A program made the translations under genes and the position numbers. A DNA stretch of 64,000 bases. Source: Terriglobia bacterium (GTDB taxonomy: Bacteria > Acidobacteriota > Terriglobia > Versatilivoradales > Versatilivoraceae). Positions 49,584 through 59,525 of this stretch are shown piece by piece; the stretch's first letter is position 1, and each line of letters begins with the position of its first letter. The notes under the pieces are model-generated. The model saw only the letters and a program-made list of their open reading frames with translations, searched no databases and had not been told where the DNA came from. The stretch spans positions 8,482-72,481 of the forward strand of contig JAKUNG010000015.1 of NCBI GenBank assembly GCA_022452285.1, in the 5' to 3' direction.

Positions 49584-51677
49584 CTATTGATTAATAACAA
49601 GCTCAGAAATATCAGCAAAGCTTAAAAATGTTTTCAACAAGAGAAACAGCAGGGCTAGCCGATTCTCCTTAACTAGCCTATCTTTATCCATAACAAGAAC
49701 CTTATCAAAAAAAGAGTCGATTACTGGCCTAAGGGACGCTAATAATTGTAATCCTTGCTCATGTTTTAAATTTCCTAAAGCCCTTAAAAAATCATTGTTA
49801 TTCTTAAGAATTTCTGAGTGAAGATTTCTTTCCTCATCTAATATGAATAATTCAGGCTTAACCTTGAGCTTTGAAAGATCTTCTTTGTTCGACTTCGATA
49901 GAATATTTTTGATCCTCTTAAAACTACTAGCAACTGAAAGCAAATCATTACTACCCCTGAAGTTCTTCAATGCGAGTAATCGCCTTCGACATTCAACAGG
50001 ATTATCAATAAAGACCCCTAAAACAGAATTCACCTCATCATGATTAAAGCCCTCATTCCTAAAAACAAATTTTAATCTTTCCCTGAGAAAATCTGAAAAC
50101 TTAGTATTTAAGGGTTCAAAAGAAGTTTGTGGTCTGGAGCCAATAGCTAGAAATGATTCATGTAGCAGCTCTCTAAAGGAACAATCAAGATTATTTTCTA
50201 TCAATATCTGGATTATACCCAAAGTTTGGCGTCTTAAAGCAAGAGGGTCACTAGACCCGGTAGGTATTAAGTCCACAGCAAAGGCCGTTGTAATGTTATC
50301 AATCTTGTCTGCAATAGACAAAATAGATCCGGTTAAATCCCTAGGAACCTTATCGCCAAAAAATGTTGGCAGATAATGATCAGATACAGCGTTAAAAACT
50401 AATGAATCTTCGCCTTGTTCTTTAGCGTACAATCCTCCAATGATTCCCTGGAGTCCACTAAATTCTTTTACCATTTCAGTTGTAAGATCAGTCTTACAAA
50501 CTTCAGCTGCTTTATCTAGGATTTTAGGAGCTGACGAATAATCAAATTGAGCAGCTAAAAATTTAGATAAACGTTTTATTCTTTGAGTCTTATCAAACAA
50601 GGTGCCCAGTTTTTCTTGAAATAAAATATTCTTCAGCATTCCTATTCGGTTGTTCAATGTGATTTGAAGGTCAAACTTCCAAAAGAACATAGCATCGGAG
50701 AGTCTCGCTTTTAAGACTCTTTCATGGCCAATTCCAATTTGTTTACAATATTGAGGCTGTGAATCTACCACAGCCAAGAAGTTTGGAAGTAATTCACTAT
50801 CTTTATCTTTAACAGAAAAATATTTTTGATGTTCACGCATAACAGTAATTAGGATTTCTGAAGGTAAGTTCAGGAAAGCTTTGTCAAACCTTCCAGCAAT
50901 TACTGTTGGATTCTCCATTAAATTCATTACCGTCTCCAAAAGCTTAGAATCCTCAATTAAATACCCATCCAGGAATTTTGCCTTCGTGATTAATTGGTCT
51001 TGTATTTTCTGTTTCCGTATTTCTGGATCAATCTCAACTGAATTAGACTTTAACCATCTTTCATATTCAGAAAAACTATCTACCCTAGTCTGGTTATTTT
51101 TACTAAGAATCCGGTGACCAAATGTATAGTTTGATGCTTCAATCCCCGCTATCCTTAAAGGTAAGACCTCGTCTCCTAATAAGCATAATATCCAACGAAT
51201 TGGACGAACAAATTGGAGTCTAGTTGGCTCCCATCGCATACCTTTAGGAAGCTCCAATCTATGAATGATGCCATTTAGCTCTTTTAGTAAAATTGATTTA
51301 GAAGTATTACCAGCTATGTGCCTTTTGAAGCCAATATAAAAGCCCTTATCTGTACTAATCTTGGATAGACCGCTAACATCAATGTTATTCTTACTCGCAA
51401 ACCCCTTAGTTGCCTGACTAGGCTTACCTTCATCATCAAACGCTATCTTGTAGGGTGGACCTGTAACAGTTTCTTGGCGAGCGGCCTGTTTCTCTTGAAC
51501 ACCTTTCAGATGAATTATTAGCCTGCGAGGAGTGTAATAATGAGTGGAGCATTCTAAGGCAATTGAACTATTGCTCAATAGGTCAGTAATCCCTTTCTCC
51601 AATTTCAGAACCATTGGATGAAGAAATGTTGCAGGAAGCTCTTCACATCCTATCTCTAACAAGAAATCAAGTTTCAT
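49584..51677 (-). CDS. glyS: Glycine-tRNA ligase beta subunit
   Basis: 697 aa. The N-terminus LLEIGCEELPA is typical of GlyS. It lies immediately downstream of glyQ. Confidence 0.94.
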   Translation of the reverse strand: MKLDFLLEIGCEELPATFLHPMVLKLEKGITDLLSNSSIALECSTHYYTPRRLIIHLKGVQEKQAARQETVTGPPYKIAFDDEGKPSQATKGFASKNNIDVSGLSKISTDKGFYIGFKRHIAGNTSKSILLKELNGIIHRLELPKGMRWEPTRLQFVRPIRWILCLLGDEVLPLRIAGIEASNYTFGHRILSKNNQTRVDSFSEYERWLKSNSVEIDPEIRKQKIQDQLITKAKFLDGYLIEDSKLLETVMNLMENPTVIAGRFDKAFLNLPSEILITVMREHQKYFSVKDKDSELLPNFLAVVDSQPQYCKQIGIGHERVLKARLSDAMFFWKFDLQITLNNRIGMLKNILFQEKLGTLFDKTQRIKRLSKFLAAQFDYSSAPKILDKAAEVCKTDLTTEMVKEFSGLQGIIGGLYAKEQGEDSLVFNAVSDHYLPTFFGDKVPRDLTGSILSIADKIDNITTAFAVDLIPTGSSDPLALRRQTLGIIQILIENNLDCSFRELLHESFLAIGSRPQTSFEPLNTKFSDFLRERLKFVFRNEGFNHDEVNSVLGVFIDNPVECRRRLLALKNFRGSNDLLSVASSFKRIKNILSKSNKEDLSKLKVKPELFILDEERNLHSEILKNNNDFLRALGNLKHEQGLQLLASLRPVIDSFFDKVLVMDKDRLVKENRLALLFLLLKTFLSFADISELVINQ

Positions 51678-51735
51678 ATCTGATATATATTAATGTATTT
51701 CTTTAAAATAAATGATCTAAAATATTAATATTGTT

Positions 51736-52578
51736 TTATTTAATAAATTCAACGTATTCCTTCGCAATTAAACATGCCAAAACACGAACTCGTTGAATCA
51801 TTTTGGCCCTTTCAGAGACACTTATAGCACCACGGGCATCAAGAACATTGAATGTATGGGAGCATTTCAAACAGTAATCATACGCTGGTAAAATCAGATC
51901 AGTTTCAATCAGGCGTTTAGCCTCGGCCTCATATTCATTAAACCATTTGAAATGTTTTTCAACATCGGCCTCCTCAAAGTTATATTTAGAAAATTGAACC
52001 TCATCCATGTGTCTTATGTCTCGATAGCTAGAGCTTTCCGACCACTTTAGATCGAATACATTCTCTACATCATTAATAAACATTGCTATTCGCTCAAGGC
52101 CATAGGTTAGTTCAACTGACACGGGATCGAGCTCGAGCCCTCCCGCTTGTTGAAAATAAGTGAATTGAGTAATTTCTAATCCATCTAATAAGACTTGCCA
52201 CCCTATTCCCCAAGCTCCAAGGGTAGGCGATTCCCAGTTATCTTCTTCAAATCTAAGATCATGTTCGACAAGATGAATCCCGACGCATTCTAAGCTTTCG
52301 AGATAAAGATTTTGTACGTTAGCAGGACTTGGTTTAAGGATTACCTGTAGCTGATGATGTTTTTGGACACGGTTAGGATTTTCTCCATATCTGCCATCTC
52401 CTGGTCTGCGGCTAGGTTCCAGATAGGCCACCCTGTAGGGCTTTGATCCTAGTACCCGAAAGAAAGTTTCAGGATTCATTGTGCCAGCGCCCTTTTCCAC
52501 ATCATAGGGAAGCTGAATAACACAATCCCGATCTCCCCAAAAAGACACTAGCTGCATAAAGATTTCTTGGAAAAGCAT
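51736..52578 (-). CDS. glyQ: Glycine-tRNA ligase alpha subunit
   Basis: 280 aa. It has [12 protein letters not shown]...QLPYD.E.GAGT.NP.TF and [24 protein letters not shown]. Confidence 0.95.
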   Translation of the reverse strand: MLFQEIFMQLVSFWGDRDCVIQLPYDVEKGAGTMNPETFFRVLGSKPYRVAYLEPSRRPGDGRYGENPNRVQKHHQLQVILKPSPANVQNLYLESLECVGIHLVEHDLRFEEDNWESPTLGAWGIGWQVLLDGLEITQFTYFQQAGGLELDPVSVELTYGLERIAMFINDVENVFDLKWSESSSYRDIRHMDEVQFSKYNFEEADVEKHFKWFNEYEAEAKRLIETDLILPAYDYCLKCSHTFNVLDARGAISVSERAKMIQRVRVLACLIAKEYVEFIK

Positions 52579-52591
52579 CTTCCTATAAACC

Positions 52592-53338
52592 TCATAATTC
52601 CTGTTTTATTGCCGAAAAAGTGTCAAATCTTCTCTCAAAGCTAGTTTCTATTAACTCTTCTACTATGTTAGTTAATTGACCAACATTTCTGGATATTTGA
52701 TTTTCCTTTAGAATTTCAATTAATGACATTTTGGTTAATGACCTAAGAAGTTTCATGTTGTTAATTGATATTTCTCGGCCCATGCCAGACTTGCAAGCTT
52801 TACACATTAAGCCCTGAATTTTATCCCCACAGTATGTCCGTCCATTTTTAGCCAAGTGATCCCCACACCTACTACATTTATATAAATCCGGGAGAAATCC
52901 TCCAAACTTAAGATACCATACCTGAAAATATAAGAGCGCTGCTGAAGATGTATCAGTTTTAACAAACGCAGGCAGAACATGGAGAAGTAAGCGGAATAAG
53001 TTTTGGTTAACCTCCCAATCTGGCATAGTTTTCAAAATAACTTCTAATAAATATGTAGAGCGCAAAAATGTATCATAATCTTCAAGAATCAAACCAAATC
53101 CTTTTATAACCTCAATGCTATCAATAGAAACTAACTCTTGGTTTCTCCTCTGAAAACCAGAAAATTCAATCCAAGAAAGGGGCTCTAACCTACCAGTGAA
53201 TCTGCTTTTAATTCTTCTTCCTCCATTAACCACCCCTCTAATCTTCCCATATTCCTGCGAAAACAGAACAATAAGTTTATCTGTTTCCTTAAGGGGGTAC
53301 GTCCTTAAGATAATTGCTTCACCTTTCAAAACTACCAA
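52592..53338 (-). CDS. recO: DNA repair protein RecO
   Basis: 248 aa with a TTG start and GGAGG 7 nt upstream. It has an OB-fold N-terminus ([30 protein letters not shown]) and a C4 zinc motif CSRCG...CKAC. Confidence 0.88.
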   Translation of the reverse strand: MVVLKGEAIILRTYPLKETDKLIVLFSQEYGKIRGVVNGGRRIKSRFTGRLEPLSWIEFSGFQRRNQELVSIDSIEVIKGFGLILEDYDTFLRSTYLLEVILKTMPDWEVNQNLFRLLLHVLPAFVKTDTSSAALLYFQVWYLKFGGFLPDLYKCSRCGDHLAKNGRTYCGDKIQGLMCKACKSGMGREISINNMKLLRSLTKMSLIEILKENQISRNVGQLTNIVEELIETSFERRFDTFSAIKQEL

Positions 53339-53370
53339 CCCTCAGCCTCCAAAACGTTTTCAATTAAGAT

Positions 53371-53385
53371 TGTCGACACGACGAC
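53371..53385. repeat. Copy B of the exact 15-bp repeat TGTCGACACGACGAC
   Basis: Read directly from the sequence. It lies 33 nt upstream of the recO start codon, at the recO-proximal end of the gap that separates recO from xerD. Confidence 0.9.
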
Positions 53386-53579
53386 TATCTTAAAGTTTTT
53401 ATTCTTGACACAATATCTAATATCAATCATATTAGACCATATATGTTTTATTAAGAACTATTTAGGTAGTCTATTTTAAGTTAATACATTAAGTTGAGAA
53501 TTTTCAATTACTCTACATATCTATTTCCAAAATCCAAAGTTTCTATATTATATGATTACCAGCCCAGAACTAGGCGCCT

Positions 53580-53601
53580 GAGGCTTAAGCCTCTTATTTT
53601 T
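53580..53601 (+). terminator. Short intrinsic-terminator-like hairpin oriented for the plus strand
   Basis: GAGGC-TTAA-GCCTC (53580-53593) is followed by TTATTTTT. It is the only GC-rich island in a 437-bp AT-rich non-coding gap. No annotated plus-strand gene ends here. Confidence 0.3.
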
Positions 53602-53775
53602 CTGAAAGTAGATCTGGCATATGTAACATCATTTTAATATAAAAACCCGTATCTAATCAGTAAGCCTATTGGGTTTTGAACTTTTTCTCTAGTAAATTTA
53701 AGCATAATTCTTCAAAAAACGTCCCAAATTATTAGACTGAATTAATTAATTTTATTCAATGCTTACTCCTTGAGT

Positions 53776-54690
53776 TTAGATTCTTGGATGATGTTTACGA
53801 TATATTCCCTTTAATCGATCATTAAGAATGTGAGTATAAATCTCAGTTGTAGAAATGTCTGAGTGCCCTAGCATTGCTTGCACTGACCGCAAATCAGCAC
53901 CTCTCTGAAGCAGGTGGGTGGCAAACGAGTGCCTTAGCATATGTGGTTTTATTTTAATTCTAATGCCAGCAACCCTCCCATTAGAAGTAATGATTTTCCA
54001 GAACCCTTCTCGAGTTAACTTCTTTCCTCTATGGTTTAGAAATACAAATTCTGAATTATTATCCTTCAGTAGGTCTGGCCGCGAATATGATGTATAGGAT
54101 TCCAAAGAACTTATTGCTGATTTTCCCAACGGCACAACTCTAATTTTACCACCTTTCCCAAGACAATTAAGATAACCTAACTCTAATCTGAGATTGCTTA
54201 ACTGTAGCGAAACTAATTCCGAAACTCTAAGTCCAGTTGCATAAAGTACTTCAAACATAGCCTTATCTCTCAATCCTAAAGGGGTCGAAGTATTTGGCTG
54301 AGCAAGAAGGTCTTCTACCTCTTCTAAGGATAAGACTTCTGGAATTTTTTTCCAAACTTTGGGAGACCTAACAGATTCACAAGGATTAACTTCTAGATCT
54401 CCTATAAGAATCATCCATTGGAAAAAATTTCTGATAGAAACAATAATTCTAGAAATAGAACGAGCATCCAATTTCTCTCCATACAAAAATATAATGAATT
54501 TCTGTATTGCATCTGAATTGGCGTCCTTTAGAACAATTCTTTCTTTTTTAATAAAACACTGAAATTTTTGCAAATCAGTTCGATATGCAGAAATTGTATT
54601 AAAAGAAAGTCCCTTTTCAACAGTTATATAGGTAATGTAGTCGGATAGTTTTTCTTCCATATTAGCTGCCTTTTTAAGTAGTTCTCTCAC
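53776..54690 (-). CDS. xerD: Site-specific tyrosine recombinase XerD/XerC
   Basis: 304 aa. The core-binding N-terminus (NTISAYRTDL) and the catalytic region ATGLRVSEL...HMLRHSFATHLL..GADLR.VQ.MLGHSDISTTEIYTH are present, with the R-H-R-Y residues. The likely true start is ATG at 54660, because the track start is GTG. Confidence 0.88.
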   Translation of the reverse strand: MRELLKKAANMEEKLSDYITYITVEKGLSFNTISAYRTDLQKFQCFIKKERIVLKDANSDAIQKFIIFLYGEKLDARSISRIIVSIRNFFQWMILIGDLEVNPCESVRSPKVWKKIPEVLSLEEVEDLLAQPNTSTPLGLRDKAMFEVLYATGLRVSELVSLQLSNLRLELGYLNCLGKGGKIRVVPLGKSAISSLESYTSYSRPDLLKDNNSEFVFLNHRGKKLTREGFWKIITSNGRVAGIRIKIKPHMLRHSFATHLLQRGADLRSVQAMLGHSDISTTEIYTHILNDRLKGIYRKHHPRI

Positions 54691-54764
54691 TCCCCTTGCT
54701 TGACAGTGTTACTTCCTTAATATAGCATCAGGGCCTAAACCGATTACACTTAAGATTAATAAGC

Positions 54765-55781
54765 ATGAAATTAGCAGAAATTGCAACTAATTTAAACTGC
54801 GAACTGGATGGAGACGGTGAACTTGAAATCAGTGGTATTGCTCCAATAGATCAGGCTAAGTCTGGTGAGCTCACATTTCTAACTAATCGCAAATATCATA
54901 AAAGCCTTAAAACAACTAAGGCCTCTGCAATTATTGTATCTCAGAATTTTGATTCTCTGGCAATTAGTACCCTCCGATCAAAAAATCCATACCTTACTTT
55001 TGCCAGAGCAATAGATCTATTCCACACACAACCGAAGTCGAGCCCTGGAATACATCCCACTGCCCTTATTTCTAAACATAGTAGGATTGGGGAAAATGCA
55101 TCTATAGGACCCTATGTTATCATTGACGAAAATGTTGCTGTTGGGGATAACTCAATTATTCATCCTCATGTTGTTATTTGTAGGGGGTCTGTTATTGGAG
55201 ACAATTTTATTGCCTACTCACATGTTTCAGTGCGTGAAGAATCCATCATTGGAAATGACGTTATACTTCAAAACGGTGTGGTTATAGGATCTGACGGATA
55301 TGGTTTTGCAAAACAAGACGATGGTAGTTATGCAAAGATAACTCAGTCTGGGCGAGTAGTAATAGAAGATGATGTTGAGGTTCAAGCTAACACAACTATT
55401 GATAGGGCTGCTATTGGTGAGACACGAATCCTAAAGGGAACAAAAATAGACAATTTAGTTCAAGTCGGTCATGGATCAAAAGTGGGTTATGATTCTCTAC
55501 TTTGTTCTCAAGTTGGTTTAGCAGGTAGTACCGAGATTGGCAATAATGTTATTTTGACTGGTCAGGTTGGTGTCGCCGGTCATTGTCGAATTGGTGATAG
55601 AGTCATCGCCACTGCACAATCTGGCATTCCCTCTGACATTGAGCCCGACAGCATAGTTTCTGGTTATCCTGCTATAGAAAACCGCAGTTGGCTAAAATCC
55701 TCTGCTCTCTTCTCTAAACTTCCTGAAATTAGCAAGTCTCTAAAAGAGCTTCAAAGAAGAGTTGACAAATACCTTAAATAA
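54765..55781 (+). CDS. lpxD: UDP-3-O-acylglucosamine N-acyltransferase
   Basis: 338 aa. The N-terminal domain reads (L.EIA..L......GDGE.EI.GIAP...A..GELTF). It is followed by long hexapeptide-repeat (LbH) tracts. Confidence 0.92.
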   Translation: MKLAEIATNLNCELDGDGELEISGIAPIDQAKSGELTFLTNRKYHKSLKTTKASAIIVSQNFDSLAISTLRSKNPYLTFARAIDLFHTQPKSSPGIHPTALISKHSRIGENASIGPYVIIDENVAVGDNSIIHPHVVICRGSVIGDNFIAYSHVSVREESIIGNDVILQNGVVIGSDGYGFAKQDDGSYAKITQSGRVVIEDDVEVQANTTIDRAAIGETRILKGTKIDNLVQVGHGSKVGYDSLLCSQVGLAGSTEIGNNVILTGQVGVAGHCRIGDRVIATAQSGIPSDIEPDSIVSGYPAIENRSWLKSSALFSKLPEISKSLKELQRRVDKYLK

Positions 55782-55796
55782 AATGCTTCCATTGTC

Positions 55797-57395
55797 ATGC
55801 CTCACAAAAATGATTCCTTGATTATTAAGTCTGCTAGTTTAATAGGTATAGCTACATTCATTAGCCGTGTACTCGGATTAGTTCGGGAACAAATCCTTCT
55901 TGCATTATTCAGTCGTTTTCAAACCGATGCATTTAATGTCGCTTTTAGAATTCCAAATCTTCTAAGAGATTTATTTGCAGAAGGCGCCTTAAGCGCAGCA
56001 TTTGTTCCTACATTCACAAAAACCCTTCAAAATAAGGGCTCCTCTGCAGCATGGCATTTAGGATCCCTAGTCTTTAATTTTCTCTTACTTATTATAGGTT
56101 CCATTGTGGTTGTTGGAATATTAAACGCTCATGCCATTGTTCAGGTTATAGCTGGAGATTTTTCTAGTAGTACAGGAAAATTTTCTCTTACTGTGAATCT
56201 TACCCAGATTATGTTTCCCTTCTTATTATTGGTTGCTCTTGCATCAGTTGCTATGGGCATTCTTAACTCTCATAAACAATTTTTTATTCCTGCTCTAGCA
56301 CCCGCTCTATTTAATATAGGCTCAATATTTGTAACAGTATTAATGTTTTATCTTCTTCCTAATTTTGGAATTGACCCGGTAATTGGTCTCGCTATAGGGG
56401 TATTAATCGGTGGATTAATGCAGTTATTCATTCAATTCCCTTCTCTATTAAAATTAGGATTCAAGTATTCCCCGTCATTATCTATTAAAAGTCCTGCTCT
56501 CCAAAACATACTACTACTTATGGGTCCTGGCACATTAGGTTTGGCTGCTACCCAAATTAATCTCTTTATAAATACCTGGCTAGCTACCACTCAGGGTGAG
56601 GGACCTGTCACCTGGTTAAATGCAGCCTTTCGCTTAATGTATCTTCCAATTGGCCTTTTTGGTGTAGCGGTTGCTTCTGCAACCCTTCCTATTATTTCTT
56701 CTCACATTGCAGCAAAAGAAATTCAAAAGGTTCGAAGTACCGTTTCTTCATCATTGCGTTTATCTTTTTTTTTAAATGTTCCAGCCTCGGTAGGCTTAAT
56801 TTGTTTGAGTTACCCCATTGTTTCTTTAATTTATCAACGAGGACAATTCAGCAAAGCTGATGTATTGGAAACTAGTGAAGTCCTGATTCTTTATTCCCTA
56901 GGTCTTTCTGCATATTCGGCAGTTAAATTACTAGTCCCAACATTTTATGCAGTTGGAAGTCCTAAGGTTCCTGTAATTATTTCCACTATTTGTGTTATTA
57001 CGAACATTAGTCTTAATCTGCTCTTTATAAGTAGTGTAGGATATAAAGGTCTTGCCTTATTTACTTCCCTTTCAGCTTTTTTGAACTTTTTTCTTTTGTA
57101 TTTTTGCCTACAAAAATCTATAGGACCCCTTAAATCGCTTTTACTTGCTACAACTTTAGGCAAGCTGGTTCTGGTCTCATTGATTATGGGTATTGGGTCC
57201 CGTTACTGCCATCAATTATTAGCTACAATATTTTTACAAGAGAAGCTCTGGGAGGAATTGTTAACAGTTTTTGTATCGATAGGAACAGGTATTCTTTTAT
57301 TCGTAGTTGGCTGCACACTACTAAGAATTTCTGAATTTAATCAGGCGTTAGAAATAATTCGAAATCGACTTGGAAATAGTGAAAACAATAGGTAG
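55797..57395 (+). CDS. murJ: Lipid II flippase MurJ (MviN)
   Basis: 532 aa and polytopic. The N-terminus SRVLGLVREQILLALFS....DAFNVAFRIPNLLRDLFAEGALSAAFVP is diagnostic for MurJ. Confidence 0.93.
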   Translation: MPHKNDSLIIKSASLIGIATFISRVLGLVREQILLALFSRFQTDAFNVAFRIPNLLRDLFAEGALSAAFVPTFTKTLQNKGSSAAWHLGSLVFNFLLLIIGSIVVVGILNAHAIVQVIAGDFSSSTGKFSLTVNLTQIMFPFLLLVALASVAMGILNSHKQFFIPALAPALFNIGSIFVTVLMFYLLPNFGIDPVIGLAIGVLIGGLMQLFIQFPSLLKLGFKYSPSLSIKSPALQNILLLMGPGTLGLAATQINLFINTWLATTQGEGPVTWLNAAFRLMYLPIGLFGVAVASATLPIISSHIAAKEIQKVRSTVSSSLRLSFFLNVPASVGLICLSYPIVSLIYQRGQFSKADVLETSEVLILYSLGLSAYSAVKLLVPTFYAVGSPKVPVIISTICVITNISLNLLFISSVGYKGLALFTSLSAFLNFFLLYFCLQKSIGPLKSLLLATTLGKLVLVSLIMGIGSRYCHQLLATIFLQEKLWEELLTVFVSIGTGILLFVVGCTLLRISEFNQALEIIRNRLGNSENNR

Positions 57396-57415
57396 TTATT
57401 TAGCTTAGAGTTCTT

Positions 57416-58597
57416 TTAACCAGCAAGGCTTCTACCTGCTAACCAGTTGGACCGGAAGAAAATTAAAACCAACAAAAATCCACCAAAAGCAACTATGTTT
57501 AAACTCCAAAGTGTGTAACTAAGGCCAATTTTTTCCGCCAACAGTCCAGCCGGAGTAATTAATAAACCTGCAACTCCCCAACTTATTCCCATCACCACAC
57601 TTGAAATCAGTCCAACCCGTTTCGGGAATTTTCGCTGACTCAGCGATATTAGGACAGGAACGCCACTATAAAGCCAATATCCTGCTAATCCAAGACTAGC
57701 AATTCCAATAACCGAATTACCCAAAACAAGAAAAACTGCAAAAAGAGGTACAGGCAGAAGAAAGGAGGCTAAGAGAACAGTCTTTTCACCTATTTTTTCG
57801 ACAAGCTTACCCGCGGCAAAACCTCCAATCCCACCTGTTAACCCAAACACAAATAAAATAAGGCCAACTGCTTGGAGTGATTCAGTTTGTTTTAGTATAA
57901 AGAAGGGCACAAAGGTTAAAGTTCCTAGTACCACAAATGCTCGTGTCATAGCTAATACACCAAAAATTAATAAATCTTTATACCTCTCTTTATTCAATGA
58001 TAAATCTGAAGATGATTGTATTTCAATTTTACTTGGGTTCGAGTGATCAAACATCCACCAGATCATTACTGAAACTAAGACACCAAAAAACCCTGCATAA
58101 ATTGGTCCAGTTATCCCTGACCTTTCAATTAGAAAAGAGACTATTAATGATCCAGTTGCTACACCAACAGTTCCACCTGTAACAAAAATTGACATTCCAA
58201 CACTATGACGCCGACCACTTCTAACAGCGACTAAAGCAGCTCCCAAAGGGTGAAATGCTGCAATACTGATTCCTCCAAATATTAAAATTATCAGTAAACT
58301 TCCATAAGAATTCATCAAACCCAAGGAAGTCATACTGATTCCTGCCAATAACGGGGCTAAAACTAATAAGCTTGTCTGGTGCCATCTATCAAAAATATAT
58401 CCAAAGATTGTTTGAGAAAACGTTGTTGAGACTGAAAATACTGAAACTAAAAATGCTGCTTCAGAGAGAGACATCATTAAAGATCTTTGAAGGATTGGAA
58501 TTAGGGGTGGTAAAAATCCAGCATAAAAATCAACTGCAAAGTGACCCACAGCTAGAACAACAACTTGTTTGGTCTTAAAGGTTGAATCGCTAATCAT
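57416..58597 (-). CDS. MFS transporter
   Basis: 393 aa with about 12 TM segments. A motif-A-like DRWHQ/GRRH loop lies between TM2 and TM3. Confidence 0.8.
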   Translation of the reverse strand: MISDSTFKTKQVVVLAVGHFAVDFYAGFLPPLIPILQRSLMMSLSEAAFLVSVFSVSTTFSQTIFGYIFDRWHQTSLLVLAPLLAGISMTSLGLMNSYGSLLIILIFGGISIAAFHPLGAALVAVRSGRRHSVGMSIFVTGGTVGVATGSLIVSFLIERSGITGPIYAGFFGVLVSVMIWWMFDHSNPSKIEIQSSSDLSLNKERYKDLLIFGVLAMTRAFVVLGTLTFVPFFILKQTESLQAVGLILFVFGLTGGIGGFAAGKLVEKIGEKTVLLASFLLPVPLFAVFLVLGNSVIGIASLGLAGYWLYSGVPVLISLSQRKFPKRVGLISSVVMGISWGVAGLLITPAGLLAEKIGLSYTLWSLNIVAFGGFLLVLIFFRSNWLAGRSLAG

Positions 58598-58677
58598 AGG
58601 TCTGTTTTAATAAAGCCAATTCCTACGAATGGAGTAACATGACTCCATCATTAAAAAGATTCCAGATTAAGGCAGGA

Positions 58678-59007
58678 TCAATCATTTCTATTAGGATTAG
58701 GTGCCATGAAAACCAACAGCGTTAAGTTAGAATCGGAATTATTAACAACTCCATGCAGGACCTCCGACGGAGCTATTACAGCGGTACCATTTTTTAAGCT
58801 TTTCTTTTTATCACCAATACTAAAATCACCTATACCTTCAAGCACGAAATATATCTTATCTGCACCTTGATGGGCATGAATCTTTTGTGATTGACCTGGT
58901 TTTAAGCAATATAGATCGCAGAAAAAATTCTTAGTATCAAAAAGTTTAACCTTCTTCATTTTTTCTTTAGAAAAAGTTTTCATCTCATTTAACACAAAAA
59001 CTTCCAT
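58678..59007 (-). CDS. Cupin-domain protein
   Basis: It has cupin motifs G.S...HAH.G.DKIYFVLEG and G....AP..V.HGV.N. I prefer the ATG at 59007 (AGAGGA SD 6 nt upstream) over the track GTG at 59028. Confidence 0.78.
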   Translation of the reverse strand: MEVFVLNEMKTFSKEKMKKVKLFDTKNFFCDLYCLKPGQSQKIHAHQGADKIYFVLEGIGDFSIGDKKKSLKNGTAVIAPSEVLHGVVNNSDSNLTLLVFMAPNPNRND

Positions 59008-59236
59008 TTTAAATCCTCTCACGTACACATTAATCTATAAGACTAAAATTCATTACTAAGAATCTGTTTATTCTAGGGGAGAAGTTTCAAAACTAACATC
59101 ATTGCTGAATATTCAACTATTTTTGAAGTTTCGATTAAACGAAAACATAAAGCAGCACCTAAATGCAGTAGTGAGGGTTGTAACACCACGATTTCAAATA
59201 CTCATCCTTTTTTAGAATCAGAAGCTTCTTATTCTT

Positions 59237-59446
59237 TCAACCTCCTCCAACTAATTGAACAAGTTCAATCTGATCTCCTTCAGCTAAAAAGGTATCATTC
59301 CACCTATTTCTTTTTAAAATCTTTAAGTTATACTCGACTGCTAAACGGTCAGGAACAAGTTCTAGATTCTTGATTAATTCACTCATAGTCGTCTGCCGTT
59401 TAATAGCTTTCGCTTCTCCATTAAGGATAATTTCAATTGTTTGCAT
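59237..59446 (-). CDS. thiS: ThiS/MoaD-family sulfur-carrier (ubiquitin-like) protein
   Basis: 69 aa. It is the right length, shows a beta-grasp pattern and ends ...GDQIELVQLVGGG with a terminal Gly-Gly. Confidence 0.75.
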   Translation of the reverse strand: MQTIEIILNGEAKAIKRQTTMSELIKNLELVPDRLAVEYNLKILKRNRWNDTFLAEGDQIELVQLVGGG

Positions 59447-59525
59447 AATAAACCATATAAATATTTAGATGTATTTTAAAGTATTCACAACCTTCTCTAC
59501 AGACTAGTAAGAATTATGTTGCAAA

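Noticed and set aside
52579-53370. T-box leader for glyQS, as in Firmicutes
   Set aside because: glyQ starts 13 nt after recO, so there is no room. The recO leader is under 100 nt and lacks a T-box sequence (AANNNGGTGGTACCGCG-like).
53339-53775. dif site for the adjacent XerD
   Set aside because: The best candidate, around TTTCTATATTATATGATTAC, matches only about half of the conserved XerD arm (TTATGTTAAAT). That is not convincing.
59029-59525. TPP (THI-box) riboswitch next to thiS
   Set aside because: Neither flanking gap contains the CTGAGA / ACCTGATCTGGATAATGCCAGC-like core on the minus strand. The upstream gap is only 79 nt.
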